Shown here: positions 1 through 9,571 of the stretch, piece after piece
How positions within the stretch are numbered: position 1 is the first letter of the stretch
How the letters are laid out: every line of letters starts with the position of its first letter
Origin: Candidatus Dormiibacterota bacterium
GTDB taxonomy: Bacteria > Chloroflexota > Dormibacteria > Aeolococcales > Aeolococcaceae
DNA length: 64,000 nt
Direction: 5' to 3'
Assembly: GCA_963718525.1 (NCBI GenBank)
Contig: OY970355.1
Location: 1,120,001-1,184,000, forward strand
Position numbers and translations under genes: made by a program
Notes under the pieces: generated by a model
The model's database searches: none
What the model was told of the DNA's origin: nothing
The model's input: the letters and a program-made list of their open reading frames with translations, nothing else

Positions 1-175
1 CGGGCTCGAGGCCCTCGAGGATCTGGATCTGGTCAGCCGAATACGTGTCCTTGCCTACCCGCCCGGCGCTCTCCGGACTGGGGTCCGGATTGCCGTCTGA
101 ATGGGTCGTGGCGGGGCTCGTCTCTGTCTCGATCGCTACCTCATCGGGGCGTTCGGGGCGTGCGGTGTCGGTTAT
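1..175 (-). CDS. gyrB: DNA gyrase/topoisomerase IV subunit B, N-terminal fragment (runs off window)
   Basis: Not in the ORF track. The minus strand reads ...GKDTYSADQIQILEGLEP, the GyrB/ParE N-terminal motif. Start is uncertain: ATA at 175 after GGAG, or in-frame TTG at 259. Could be parE. Confidence 0.8.
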   Translation of the reverse strand, partial: MTDTARPERPDEVAIETETSPATTHSDGNPDPSPESAGRVGKDTYSADQIQILEGLEP

Positions 176-281
176 GTGTGCTGCTCCGGTTGTGACGTGA
201 CTGAGGGAGAGTGGGCCAAGGGTGAAACCGCTCGATTGTTCCAGCGGGGGACCGCTCAAATCGGCCGTTCCAAGTGCTTCT

Positions 282-290
282 ATTCTACCA
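282..290 (-). promoter_or_regulatory. Extended -10 promoter element for gyrB
   Basis: TGGTAGAAT (TGn-TAGAAT) on the minus strand upstream of the gyrB frame. Confidence 0.5.
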
Positions 291-401
291 GCCTGACGGC
301 CCAGTTCGCTCTATTGGAGTGGTTCGCTGCACTAGCATCAACGGCGTGAAGGACACTGTCCGTTGTGCGCCGATCCGGCCTGGTCGAGGGGGTCGATAAC
401 G

Positions 402-3236
402 GTGCCCACATCCACCCTTGAAGAGTACCGCCGCAAGCGCGATTTCAATCAGACCCCGGAGCCCAGCGGCGACCCGATCCCGCGTTCCGGTACGGACACT
501 TCGGCGTGGGAGGGCCTGCCCCATGGAACGCGCTTCTGCGTCCAGAAACACCGGGCCACACGACTGCATTTCGACTTTCGCCTGGAGCATCAGGGCGTGC
601 TGCTCTCGTGGGCGATCCCGAGGGGTCCCAGCCTCGATCCGGCCAAGAAGCGCCTGGCAGTGCAGACCGAGGACCATCCGATCGACTATGGCGAATTCGA
701 GGGTGTCATCCCCTCCGGGTACGGCGCCGGCACGGTCATGCTCTGGGACATCGGCACGTACGAGTGGATCAAGGAAACCGCCGAGGATTACGAGCGTTCG
801 CTGCAACGAGGCGACCTCAAGTTCCGCCTTCAGGGCACCAAGCTCTCGGGCGAGTTCGCGCTGATTCGTATCGGTGATCGTGGACGTCAGTACGGTGGCA
901 GCAACGACGGAGACAGGAACTGGCTGTTGATCAAAAAGCGCGACGCCTCCGTGGTGGAGGGATACGAGGCAAGCGACTACGACGTTTCAGTCAAAACCGG
1001 CAGAAGCCTGGCTCAGATCGCTCAGGAAGGAGGTGGTGATCGTCGCGAGATGCGCCGCGCCGCTCGTGTCCGTGGTGCTCCCGCCCCGGCACAGCCCACC
1101 GTGCCCACCTCGACGCTCGCTCAGGCGCCCTCGCCGATGCTGGCCACGCCGGTCGACAAGCCGTTTTCGCGGGATGGCTGGCTGTTCGAGCTGAAATACG
1201 ACGGCATTCGCGCCATGGTGACCGTCGCCGGTGACCTGATACGCATCACGGGCCGGCGCGGCGGGGATGAGACCGCTCGCTACCCGGAGGCCACGGCGAT
1301 ACGTTCGGGAATACGAGCTGGGCAGGCGATCGTCGACGGCGAGCTGGTGGTGCTCAACGCCGACGGCCGTCCGTCGTTCGAGCGGATGCAGCAGCGGATC
1401 GGCGTCAGCCGCGAGCCCGATGTCCGCCGAGTCTCGGCCGAACATCCAGTGACCTTCATCGCGTTTGACCTGCTCGAGTTGGACGGCCGCGACCTGCTCA
1501 ACACCGAGCTGCGCATTCGCAAGAAGACGCTTCGCGAAACCATCGTCAACTCGCCCCACATCCTGTTCGCCGAACACGTCGAGCGCGATGGAACATCGCT
1601 CTTCGAGGTTGCTCGTTCGTCCGGCATCGAAGGCATTGTCGGCAAGCGCGCCGATTCCCTGTACCACCCAGGAATTCGCAGCCCCGATTGGGTGAAGATC
1701 AAGTCGTGGCTCAGCCAGTCGTGCGTCATCGTCGGCTACACCGCAGGACGCGGACGCCGGGCAAACCAGCTCGGCGCACTCATCCTGGCCGTGCGCGACG
1801 GAGGGCATCTCGTCCACTGCGGACAGGTCGGCACCGGCTTCGATGACAAGACCCTGCGCGATATCAGGGACCGCCTCCGACCCCTCGAGGTGAAGACCTG
1901 CCCGCTCGACGTCACGCCGAAAACCGCAGAGCCGGCGACCTGGGTCAAACCCGAGCTCGTCTGCGAAGTCCGTTTCGCCGGATGGACGCGCGACGGCATC
2001 CTCCGCCACCCCGCCTACCGCACCCTCCGCCTCGACCAGCGCCCCGAAGACACCGTCCGCGAAGTCTTCCTGAAATCTGAGCCGGCCAACGCGCCCCGGC
2101 CTCGAAGGGAGGGGACTAAGGCCAGCATCCGTTCGAGGCGCACAGCAAAGGGCGTACGCACGCCCACCAGGGACTCGCGACCGGGTGGCGGGGTGGGGGA
2201 TGGCGCCACCGGAGCGCTGGGCGACGAGGATGCGTCGCCCACAAGAAAAACCGACACGCCAAAGGAGACCCGGCGCGCAGGTGGCGAGGGCCCCCCACCC
2301 CGACAGGACCCGGAGGATCATGCGGCGCTCAGCACGCTGAGAACCCTGCACGGCAATGCGCATTGGGAAATCGCAAGCCGAAGACTTCCGCTCACGAATC
2401 TCCAAAAGGTGCTCTGGCCGGCGGACGGCATCACCAAGCGGGACATGATCGAGTACTACGTCCGAATGGCACCGTACATGCTGCCCTACCTGCGCGACCG
2501 TCCCCTGTCGATGCAGGTGTTCCCCGACGGTATCGACGGAAAGTCCTTCTGGCGCAAGGATAAACCCACGCATGCTCCGGCATGGATCGAGGCGTGGACA
2601 TACCACGGTGAGAAGACCAAGACGTACATCGTGGTCAACGAGGTTGCCACGCTCGCCTGGGTCGCCAACGCCGGTGTCATCGATCTGCATCCGTGGCACT
2701 CGCGCATCGATGCGCCGGAGCAACCGGATTGGGCGGTCTTCGACCTGGATCCATTCGAGCCCGCAACGTTCCAGGACGTCATCGATATCGCCAAGCTGGT
2801 CAAGGCGGCGCTGGACCACTACGGCATGCATGGCGTGGTGAAGACGAGTGGGCAGACGGGGTTGCAGATCTACGTGCCCGTTCGCCGAGGCCCCGACTAC
2901 TCGGCGGTGCGTCACTGGGTGGAGGAGGTGGGCAGAGCGATCGATCAGGCGGCGCCCGGGCGCGTGAGCTGGGAGTGGTCGGTTGCGAAGCGGACGGGAC
3001 GTATCCGGATCGACTACACCCAGAACATCATCAACAAAACCCTTGCGGCGCCTTACTCTCTCCGCCCAGCGCCCGGCGCCCCGGTATCGACGCCGATCGA
3101 GTGGGCGGAGCTCGACGACCCGGACCTGAGACCCGATCGATGGAACATCGCAACCATCGCGGAGCGCGTCGCGGAGAAGGGGGACCTCTTCGCGCCAGCC
3201 CTGCTGGCAGACCAGGACCTTCCGAGCCATCCGTAG
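402..3236 (+). CDS. ligD: NHEJ DNA ligase D (phosphoesterase-ligase-polymerase order)
   Basis: PE motifs LEEYRRKRDF and QKHRATRLHFDFRLE; ligase motifs ELKYDG, DGE, FDLL, EGIVGK, WVKIK; primase-polymerase motifs FDLDP, KTSG, RIDY. GTG start at 402 follows GAGGGG. Confidence 0.95.
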   Translation: MPTSTLEEYRRKRDFNQTPEPSGDPIPRSGTDTSAWEGLPHGTRFCVQKHRATRLHFDFRLEHQGVLLSWAIPRGPSLDPAKKRLAVQTEDHPIDYGEFEGVIPSGYGAGTVMLWDIGTYEWIKETAEDYERSLQRGDLKFRLQGTKLSGEFALIRIGDRGRQYGGSNDGDRNWLLIKKRDASVVEGYEASDYDVSVKTGRSLAQIAQEGGGDRREMRRAARVRGAPAPAQPTVPTSTLAQAPSPMLATPVDKPFSRDGWLFELKYDGIRAMVTVAGDLIRITGRRGGDETARYPEATAIRSGIRAGQAIVDGELVVLNADGRPSFERMQQRIGVSREPDVRRVSAEHPVTFIAFDLLELDGRDLLNTELRIRKKTLRETIVNSPHILFAEHVERDGTSLFEVARSSGIEGIVGKRADSLYHPGIRSPDWVKIKSWLSQSCVIVGYTAGRGRRANQLGALILAVRDGGHLVHCGQVGTGFDDKTLRDIRDRLRPLEVKTCPLDVTPKTAEPATWVKPELVCEVRFAGWTRDGILRHPAYRTLRLDQRPEDTVREVFLKSEPANAPRPRREGTKASIRSRRTAKGVRTPTRDSRPGGGVGDGATGALGDEDASPTRKTDTPKETRRAGGEGPPPRQDPEDHAALSTLRTLHGNAHWEIASRRLPLTNLQKVLWPADGITKRDMIEYYVRMAPYMLPYLRDRPLSMQVFPDGIDGKSFWRKDKPTHAPAWIEAWTYHGEKTKTYIVVNEVATLAWVANAGVIDLHPWHSRIDAPEQPDWAVFDLDPFEPATFQDVIDIAKLVKAALDHYGMHGVVKTSGQTGLQIYVPVRRGPDYSAVRHWVEEVGRAIDQAAPGRVSWEWSVAKRTGRIRIDYTQNIINKTLAAPYSLRPAPGAPVSTPIEWAELDDPDLRPDRWNIATIAERVAEKGDLFAPALLADQDLPSHP

Positions 3237-3270
3237 CGTGGAGCGCGGATTGCGGGTACCCTGCGACGCG

Positions 3271-3903
3271 ATGCGACGGGTGCTCCTTCCGGCTGTGCTC
3301 CTCGCGGCCGCGACTGCCATCGCGTGTGGTTCGGGGTCCCCGACGGTGACGAGCACCGAGCCGACGCCCTTCACCGTGGCCCCGACGCCGGTTCAGAGCC
3401 AGACACCCCTGGCATCACCGACCGCCACTTCGACCGCCACGCCGACGGTGACCGCAACCGGGCCGTGCATGCCGGGTCAGTTCCAGGTCGCAATCCTGAA
3501 CACCCAGGGCGCCGCGGGCACCATCTACGCCACCTTCGAGGTTCGCAACGCTTCGACGAGCGACTGCACCGAGAACGGCTACGCCAGGCTGCAGCTGCTC
3601 AACTCCGGCCACGGTCTGCTGAGCACGAGCTGGTCGAACGACAACTCAATGGCCACTCCGAGCCCGGTCGACCTGCCCGCGGGCACCCAGCCGCTCGGAG
3701 TCACCGGCGCGACGGGACACGGCTATTTCCTGGTCTCGTGGACCGACGCGACCTGCTCCGCCGCGCAGTCCGAGATGCCCAAGTTCTGGCGGGTCACCCT
3801 GCCGACATCGCGGTTCCAGACGGATGTGGCCGATATCGACTCGAGCATGGTGTGCGGGGGTGCGATCAAGGTCGGCCCGATCAAGTCAGCCCCCTACGTC
3901 TGA
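3271..3903 (+). CDS. Lipoprotein, DUF4232-like
   Basis: Signal peptide with lipobox AIAC, Thr/Pro linker, then GAAGT...N.S...C...GY..L.L pattern. Confidence 0.7.
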   Translation: MRRVLLPAVLLAAATAIACGSGSPTVTSTEPTPFTVAPTPVQSQTPLASPTATSTATPTVTATGPCMPGQFQVAILNTQGAAGTIYATFEVRNASTSDCTENGYARLQLLNSGHGLLSTSWSNDNSMATPSPVDLPAGTQPLGVTGATGHGYFLVSWTDATCSAAQSEMPKFWRVTLPTSRFQTDVADIDSSMVCGGAIKVGPIKSAPYV

Positions 3904-3944
3904 CTGACCCCGGGGATCCTCGCTTCCCAATAGAATTCGGGGCC

Positions 3945-4466
3945 ATGGCAGTGTTGCTGCTCAACGCCTCGATGCAACCGCTCAACGTGATCAGTCACCG
4001 GCGGCTGGTGGTGCTCCTGACCAAGGAACGAGTCGCGTTCGTGGACGAGGCGGCGGAACGAGCTGCTGCGGAGGCGCTCGCGGGGCGCCGGCTGCCGGAA
4101 GGCGTCGTCATCGTCCGCCTGCTCCGGACCATCCACGTACCGCGCCGGTTGCTTCGACCCAACCGCCGCAACCTTCTGCTCCGCGACGATCACACGTGCC
4201 AATACTGTGGGCGCCTCGGCACCGCCGCCGAGCTCACCGTCGACCACGTCGTCCCGGTGTCTCGAGGGGGCGCTCCGGATCGCTGGGACAACGTCGTGAT
4301 CGCGTGCAGGAAGTGCAACTGGCGAAAGGCGAATCACCGTCCCGAAGAGGTCGGGCTCGTGCTCCGGCGTAAGCCGGTGCCGCTGACGCAGGAATACGCG
4401 CACATCATCTTTCTGCGCTACCCCGAGCTCAAGGCGGCGTACGACAGGCTGCTCGCCGCTGCCTGA
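3945..4466 (+). CDS. HNH endonuclease (McrA/HNH_5-type)
   Basis: LLLNASMQPL N-terminus; RDDHTCQYCG, TVDHVVPVSRGG, ACRKCNWRK. Confidence 0.9.
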   Translation: MAVLLLNASMQPLNVISHRRLVVLLTKERVAFVDEAAERAAAEALAGRRLPEGVVIVRLLRTIHVPRRLLRPNRRNLLLRDDHTCQYCGRLGTAAELTVDHVVPVSRGGAPDRWDNVVIACRKCNWRKANHRPEEVGLVLRRKPVPLTQEYAHIIFLRYPELKAAYDRLLAAA

Positions 4467-4528
4467 ATCGCGCCACGCCGATCCGACGATCGTCCAAGCC
4501 GATCCCGCGCGCCTATACTCGGGGGGCC

Positions 4529-5389
4529 ATGCCTCGATCCATGTGGCGCGGCGCCATCAGCTTTGGCATGGTGGCGATCCCCGTGCGGCTGTACCTGGCG
4601 ACCGAATCGAAGAGCGTTTCGTTCCGGCTTCTGTGTCCGGCTGACCACACGCCTGTCCGCAACAAGCGCTGGTGCCCGGAGGAGGACCGCGAGATCGGCT
4701 GGAGCGAAGCCGTTCGCGGGTACGAAGTGGGCAAGGACGAGTACGTGGTCGTCACCGATCAGGATCTCGACAACCTGCCGCTGATCACGACGCACACCAT
4801 CGACATCGTCGAGTTCTGCCCGGATTCGGAGATCGAGGCTGGCGTGTACCTCAAGAGCGCGTACTACCTGGAACCCGAGGCCGTCGGCGTCAAGCCCTAC
4901 GCGCTGCTCCGGGAGGCACTCGAGAAGACCGGCACGGTCGCCATCGGCAAGATCGCCCTTCGCGACCGCGAGCACCTCTGCCGCCTTGCACTGCATGAGC
5001 AGGGGCTGCTGCTCAACACGCTGCACTGGCCCGACGAGATCCGCTCCGCCGCCGAGCTGGCGATCCCCGAGCAGGCTCCTGACGTCGCCAAGAAGGAGCT
5101 GGACATGGCGGTGATGCTCGTCGAGAACATGAGCGCGCATTTCGACCCGGCGCGCTATCACGACAACTACCGCGAGGCGGTGATCCAGGTTGTCGAGGCC
5201 AAGCTGGCCAACAAGCCGATCGAGCGCCCGGAGGTGCAGGAACCCGGCAAGGTAACCGACCTCATGGCCGCGCTCAAGGCGTCTGTCGAAGCGGCGAAAA
5301 CGCGGCGGGCGGAAGGTGGTGCCTCCGAGGAATCCGAGGCCGACGACGCCGAGTCCCTGGAACCGGCCCGCCGTCGCCGGGCCTCCTGA
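4529..5389 (+). CDS. ku: Prokaryotic Ku, NHEJ end-binding protein
   Basis: MWRGAISFGMVAIPVRLY, YYLEP, LHWPDEIR, DLMAALKASV, basic C-terminal tail. Confidence 0.97.
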   Translation: MPRSMWRGAISFGMVAIPVRLYLATESKSVSFRLLCPADHTPVRNKRWCPEEDREIGWSEAVRGYEVGKDEYVVVTDQDLDNLPLITTHTIDIVEFCPDSEIEAGVYLKSAYYLEPEAVGVKPYALLREALEKTGTVAIGKIALRDREHLCRLALHEQGLLLNTLHWPDEIRSAAELAIPEQAPDVAKKELDMAVMLVENMSAHFDPARYHDNYREAVIQVVEAKLANKPIERPEVQEPGKVTDLMAALKASVEAAKTRRAEGGASEESEADDAESLEPARRRRAS

Positions 5390-5406
5390 GGCTTCACGGG
5401 TCACGC

Positions 5407-6516
5407 GTGGCTGGAAGACCAAGCCTGTCTCGTGCCGCCCTGGAGGCCTGCGGCGACCCTCTGCCCTTTCGATCGCCGGTACCGCCCCGGCTCCCGGGCT
5501 ACATCCCGTTTGAGACCTCCGTCCCGTGCGCGGAGGCGTTCGATGACCCCGACTGGCTGTTCAGCGTCGACTGGGATGGAGCAAGAGCGCTGCTCTTCAT
5601 CGACGCGGACGGATCGGTGCGCATCCAGGGCGAAGTGCTCCGTGACCTCGCGCGGCGTTTCCCTGACATCCCTGCGGCCGCGGCCATCCCCAATGGCCGG
5701 GGCGCTGTCCTCGACGGTGTCATCGGAGTGCTCGACCGGGAAGGCCGTCCGGACCTGGCGGGCTTCGGCCGTCGCCTCGCCGCCGGGCCGGCCGCAGCAG
5801 CAGAGCTTCCGGCGGTGTACCTCTGCTGTGACGTGCTGCACCTCGACGGGCGCTCGACGATGGGATGGCCCCTGGATCGTCGCCTCGATGCGCTCAGCGA
5901 TCTCACCCGCCGGAGTGACGTCCTCCAGGCGCCGGACCACGTGCGCGGACGCGGCGAGGCGCTCGCGGCCGCAGCAGCCGGACGGAGCCTGCCGGCGCTG
6001 CTCGCCCGGCGGGGCGCGGCTTGCTACCGGCCGGGCGTCGCCTCCCCTGATCGACTGCGCATCGGGCTCGCCGATCAGACGACCTGCGTCATCGCAGGCG
6101 TGGTTCCGCGCCGGGCTGGCACGAGGCTCATTCTCGGAGAGCATGTCGACGGTCGCCTCACCTTCGCGGGACAGGTCGAGGGACCGCGTGACCCGCTTGT
6201 GGCCGCGTGGCTCGCGCGGCACATCGCCGACCTGACGGTCAAAACCGCATCACTCGACGGCGTGCAACCTGTCAACGCGACCTGGCTGCGACCCGCGCTC
6301 ACCGCGACCGTCCGGCACCACGGCCGCAGCGCTGCCGGCGCGCTCCTGCGCCCGGCGCTCCTCGCGGTGCGCGACGACGTCGATCCGCGCTGGTGCGTGC
6401 AACGACCCGCGGTCGCCGGCCCGGTCGAGCTGCACGCCGGGACCCGCTTCTCGCCGACACTCCTGATACCGCTCCCTCTCGGCGATCTTTCAGGGCTCCC
6501 TCAGGCAAGTCGATGA
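5407..6516 (+). CDS. ATP-dependent DNA ligase-like protein (LigD/LigC ligase fold), predicted catalytically inactive
   Basis: Colinear with the LigD ligase and OB domains, but motif I is VDWDG (no Lys), III is DGVI, IV is PALLAR, V is RLRIG. Confidence 0.8.
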   Translation: MAGRPSLSRAALEACGDPLPFRSPVPPRLPGYIPFETSVPCAEAFDDPDWLFSVDWDGARALLFIDADGSVRIQGEVLRDLARRFPDIPAAAAIPNGRGAVLDGVIGVLDREGRPDLAGFGRRLAAGPAAAAELPAVYLCCDVLHLDGRSTMGWPLDRRLDALSDLTRRSDVLQAPDHVRGRGEALAAAAAGRSLPALLARRGAACYRPGVASPDRLRIGLADQTTCVIAGVVPRRAGTRLILGEHVDGRLTFAGQVEGPRDPLVAAWLARHIADLTVKTASLDGVQPVNATWLRPALTATVRHHGRSAAGALLRPALLAVRDDVDPRWCVQRPAVAGPVELHAGTRFSPTLLIPLPLGDLSGLPQASR

Positions 6517-7352
6517 CCGCTTCGGTCCTCATGTGCCGGCCCGATCACTTCGGGATCGAGTACGAGATCAACCCGTGGATGCACGTTGCGGTCGAGGTCG
6601 ATCACGCGCTGGCGGCGTCGCAGTGGGACGCGCTGTACCGCAAGTACGTCGATCTCGGCGTGGTTGTGGAGTTGGCGACATCCGTCGCGGGTCTGCCCGA
6701 CATGGTCTTCACCGCCAACGCGGCCGTGCTCTGGGACGACCGTGCGGTGCTGAGCAACTTCCATCATGCCGAACGGCAGGGCGAGGAGACGCACTGGCGC
6801 GAGGAACTCGAGCGCCTCGGCTTCGATGTTCACGAGCTGCCGCGATCGCTGTCCTTCGAGGGCGCCGGCGATGCCCTGTTCGTCGGTGATCGCCTGTTCT
6901 GCGGTTACGGGTTCCGGACCGACCGCGAGGCGCACCACCCGGTGGCGCGCATCCTCGAGGTCGAGGTCGTGTCACTCCAACTGGTCGACCCGCGCTTCTA
7001 TCACCTGGACACCTGCTTCTGCCCACTCGATGCCACCAATGTTCTCGCGGCCCCTGCCGCATTCGCCCCGGAGTCGATGCGCTTGATTCGCGAGCTGGTG
7101 CCGAATCTGATCGAGGTGCCGGTCGAGGTGGCGGCGGGCTTTGCGTGCAACGCCATGCCGCTCGGGCGGCACTTGCTCTCCTCGCTGACGATCTCGCAGT
7201 TGGAGACTCCTCTGAAGGCCGCCGGGTACACTCCGATTCCGCTGCCTATGGGGGAGTTCCTCAAGGCCGGTGGTGGGGTCCGCTGCCTCTCGCTGCCACT
7301 CGGTGAGCGAGGTCGCGCCCGCACCCAGGATGCCGCCCAAGGCTCAGGGTAG
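6513..7352 (+). CDS. Amidinotransferase/dimethylargininase (pentein) family protein
   Basis: YEINPWM, PDMVFTAN, FEGAGD, YHLDTC, KAGGGVRC; ATGA overlap with the upstream gene. Confidence 0.9.
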   Translation: MTASVLMCRPDHFGIEYEINPWMHVAVEVDHALAASQWDALYRKYVDLGVVVELATSVAGLPDMVFTANAAVLWDDRAVLSNFHHAERQGEETHWREELERLGFDVHELPRSLSFEGAGDALFVGDRLFCGYGFRTDREAHHPVARILEVEVVSLQLVDPRFYHLDTCFCPLDATNVLAAPAAFAPESMRLIRELVPNLIEVPVEVAAGFACNAMPLGRHLLSSLTISQLETPLKAAGYTPIPLPMGEFLKAGGGVRCLSLPLGERGRARTQDAAQGSG

Positions 7353-7363
7353 ATCCAACAACC

Positions 7364-7381
7364 TCTGAGCGTTTTCCCAGA
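7364..7381 (+). promoter_or_regulatory. PhoP-like direct-repeat box upstream of the response regulator
   Basis: TCTGAGC-gttt-TCCCAGA, same heptamer and 11-bp spacing as the boxes at 12391-12472. Confidence 0.45.
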
Positions 7382-7402
7382 CTTCCGCGCGAAGATGGTC
7401 CG

Positions 7403-8128
7403 GTGACCACCCCCACCCCTGGACAGCCGAGCCGGCTGCTTGTCGTTGACGATGAGCGTGCCATCACCGATCTTGTCGCGATGGCCCTCAAATACGAGGG
7501 CTTCTCGGTGCAGACCGCCGCCACCGCGAAGCAGGCCCGTCACGCGGTGATGGACTTCCGTCCGGACCTGATGATCCTGGACGTCGGGCTGCCGGACGAC
7601 GATGGATTCACGCTCGTCCAGCGCCTCATCACCGACGGCATCAAGGTGCCGGTGATCTTCCTCACCGCTCGGGATGCCACCGAGGAAAAGGTCCACGGGT
7701 TGACCATCGGTGGCGACGACTACGTGACCAAGCCCTTCAGCATCGAGGAGCTCGTCGCGCGGATCCGTGTCGTGCTCCGGCGCCACAATCCCGACGGCGC
7801 GGCGGCGAACGCCAAGCTCGTCCTCCACGACCTGGAGCTGGATGACGAGACGCACGAGGTCTTCCGCGCCGGGGAAGCGGTGGAGTTGACGCGCACCGAG
7901 TTCCGTCTGCTCCGCTATCTCATGATGAACAGCGGCCGCGTGCTGTCGCGCTCGCAGATCCTCGATCACGTCTGGGACTACGACTTCGGCGGCGACGCCA
8001 GCGTGCTCGAGACGTATATCAGCTACCTCCGCCGCAAGGTCGACAACGTCGACCCGCCGCTCATTCACACGGTCCGCGGGATCGGCTACGTCATTCGCCT
8101 CCCGCGCACCGCATCGGCGCATGCGTAA
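7403..8128 (+). CDS. OmpR-family response regulator (PhoP/TcrX-like)
   Basis: LVVDDE, ILDVGLP, DDYVTKPF, winged helix ILDHVWDYDFGGDASVLETYISYLRRK. Confidence 0.95.
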   Translation: MTTPTPGQPSRLLVVDDERAITDLVAMALKYEGFSVQTAATAKQARHAVMDFRPDLMILDVGLPDDDGFTLVQRLITDGIKVPVIFLTARDATEEKVHGLTIGGDDYVTKPFSIEELVARIRVVLRRHNPDGAAANAKLVLHDLELDDETHEVFRAGEAVELTRTEFRLLRYLMMNSGRVLSRSQILDHVWDYDFGGDASVLETYISYLRRKVDNVDPPLIHTVRGIGYVIRLPRTASAHA

Positions 8129-8158
8129 GCGGCGCGGGTGATGTTCTCAGGACGATAG

Positions 8159-9559
8159 ATGTCTCTTCGACTCCGGCTGCTGCTGACCCTGGCGCCGCTG
8201 TTCGTCCTCGGGCTCGCAGCCGCCGACGCCGGGACGTACGTGGCGTTGCAGAGCTCGCTGCTGCAGAACGTCGACAATCAGCTGGTCGCACTCCGCGACG
8301 GCGCAGAGAACGCCCTCGGGCATTCCGGGCCACCTGGCGGGCAGTTTGACAACGGCGGAGGCAGCGGCCAATTACCGCCGGGCACCTATGGCGAGCTCGT
8401 CGACGCATCCGGGCCTCTGAGCGGCGGCGGCCTGTACGGCGGCTACGTCCAGTCGACGCCATCGCATCCCGTGTTGCCCGCAACGATCTACAAAGACGCG
8501 GGCACGACGCTGTTGACGGTTCCCGGAGTCGGGACGTGGGATTCGTACCGAGTCCTCGTGACTCCGGACTCGAGTCAGCCCGGCACCGATCTGGTGGTCG
8601 CGCTCCCGCTCGACGGCGTCGACACCACCCTCGGCACGCTCCTGCTCTTCGAGATCGCCATCAGCAGTGGCATCACGATTGTCGTCCTGGTCGTCACGTG
8701 GTTGCTGGTACGCCGCGGGATGCGCCCCCTCGAACGCATGGGTGCCACCGCGCGGTCGATCGCGGCGGGTAACCTCGGTCGCCGGGTATCGCCGTCAAAC
8801 GAACGCACTGAGGTCGGCCAGCTCGGCCTCGCCCTCAACGGGATGTTGAGCCAGATCGAGCGAGCCTTTGCCGAGCGCGACGTCACCGAGCAGAAGTTGC
8901 GCCACTTCGTCTCCGACGCCTCGCACGAGTTGCGCACCCCGCTCACGTCGATGCGCGGCTACGCGGAGCTGCTGCAACGAAACCCCGACATGACGCGTGA
9001 CGATGTCCTGCTCGCGGTGCGGCGCATCGAGGACGAGACCCGGCGCATGGGCCTGCTGGTCGACGACCTGCTCCTGCTCGCGAGACTGGACCAGGGACGC
9101 CCCCTGGACAGGGCACCGGTCGATCTCACGTCGATGGTCAACGACGCCGTGAGCGACGCCCGGGCGGCCGACCCGGGGCGCTCGGTCAGCGCCCGGATCG
9201 AGGCGCCGATCGTGGTCACCGGCGACGACCTTCGCCTCCGACAGGCTGTGGCCAACCTCGTCCGAAACGCGCTGGTGCACACGCCGGCGGGGAGTCCTGT
9301 GGAGGTTGCGCTGCATCCCGAGAACGGGCACGTCGAGATCGACGTCATCGACCACGGTCCGGGCGTGCCAACCGCGCAGCGCGAGCGCATCTTCGAGCGT
9401 TTTCATCGTGCGGATCCTCTCCGCAGTCGCGACCAGGGCGGCAGCGGGTTGGGTCTGAGCATTGCGACGGCGGTGGTGACCGCGCATGGGGGAAGTATCA
9501 GCGTCACCGACACACCCGGCGGCGGCGCCACCTTCCGGATCGCGCTTCCGGCGGCGTGA
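8159..9559 (+). CDS. HAMP sensor histidine kinase (HisKA)
   Basis: Two TM helices, HAMP, H-box DASHELRTPL, NLVRNA, DHGPG, GSGLGLSI. Confidence 0.95.
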   Translation: MSLRLRLLLTLAPLFVLGLAAADAGTYVALQSSLLQNVDNQLVALRDGAENALGHSGPPGGQFDNGGGSGQLPPGTYGELVDASGPLSGGGLYGGYVQSTPSHPVLPATIYKDAGTTLLTVPGVGTWDSYRVLVTPDSSQPGTDLVVALPLDGVDTTLGTLLLFEIAISSGITIVVLVVTWLLVRRGMRPLERMGATARSIAAGNLGRRVSPSNERTEVGQLGLALNGMLSQIERAFAERDVTEQKLRHFVSDASHELRTPLTSMRGYAELLQRNPDMTRDDVLLAVRRIEDETRRMGLLVDDLLLLARLDQGRPLDRAPVDLTSMVNDAVSDARAADPGRSVSARIEAPIVVTGDDLRLRQAVANLVRNALVHTPAGSPVEVALHPENGHVEIDVIDHGPGVPTAQRERIFERFHRADPLRSRDQGGSGLGLSIATAVVTAHGGSISVTDTPGGGATFRIALPAA

Positions 9560-9571
9560 GGATGGGGCCTG

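Noticed and set aside
987-3374. Long antisense and alternate-frame ORFs (for example 795 aa opposite ligD, 598 aa at 39259, 447 aa opposite groEL)
   Set aside because: Shadow ORFs expected in high-GC DNA. They have no motifs and overlap well-supported genes.
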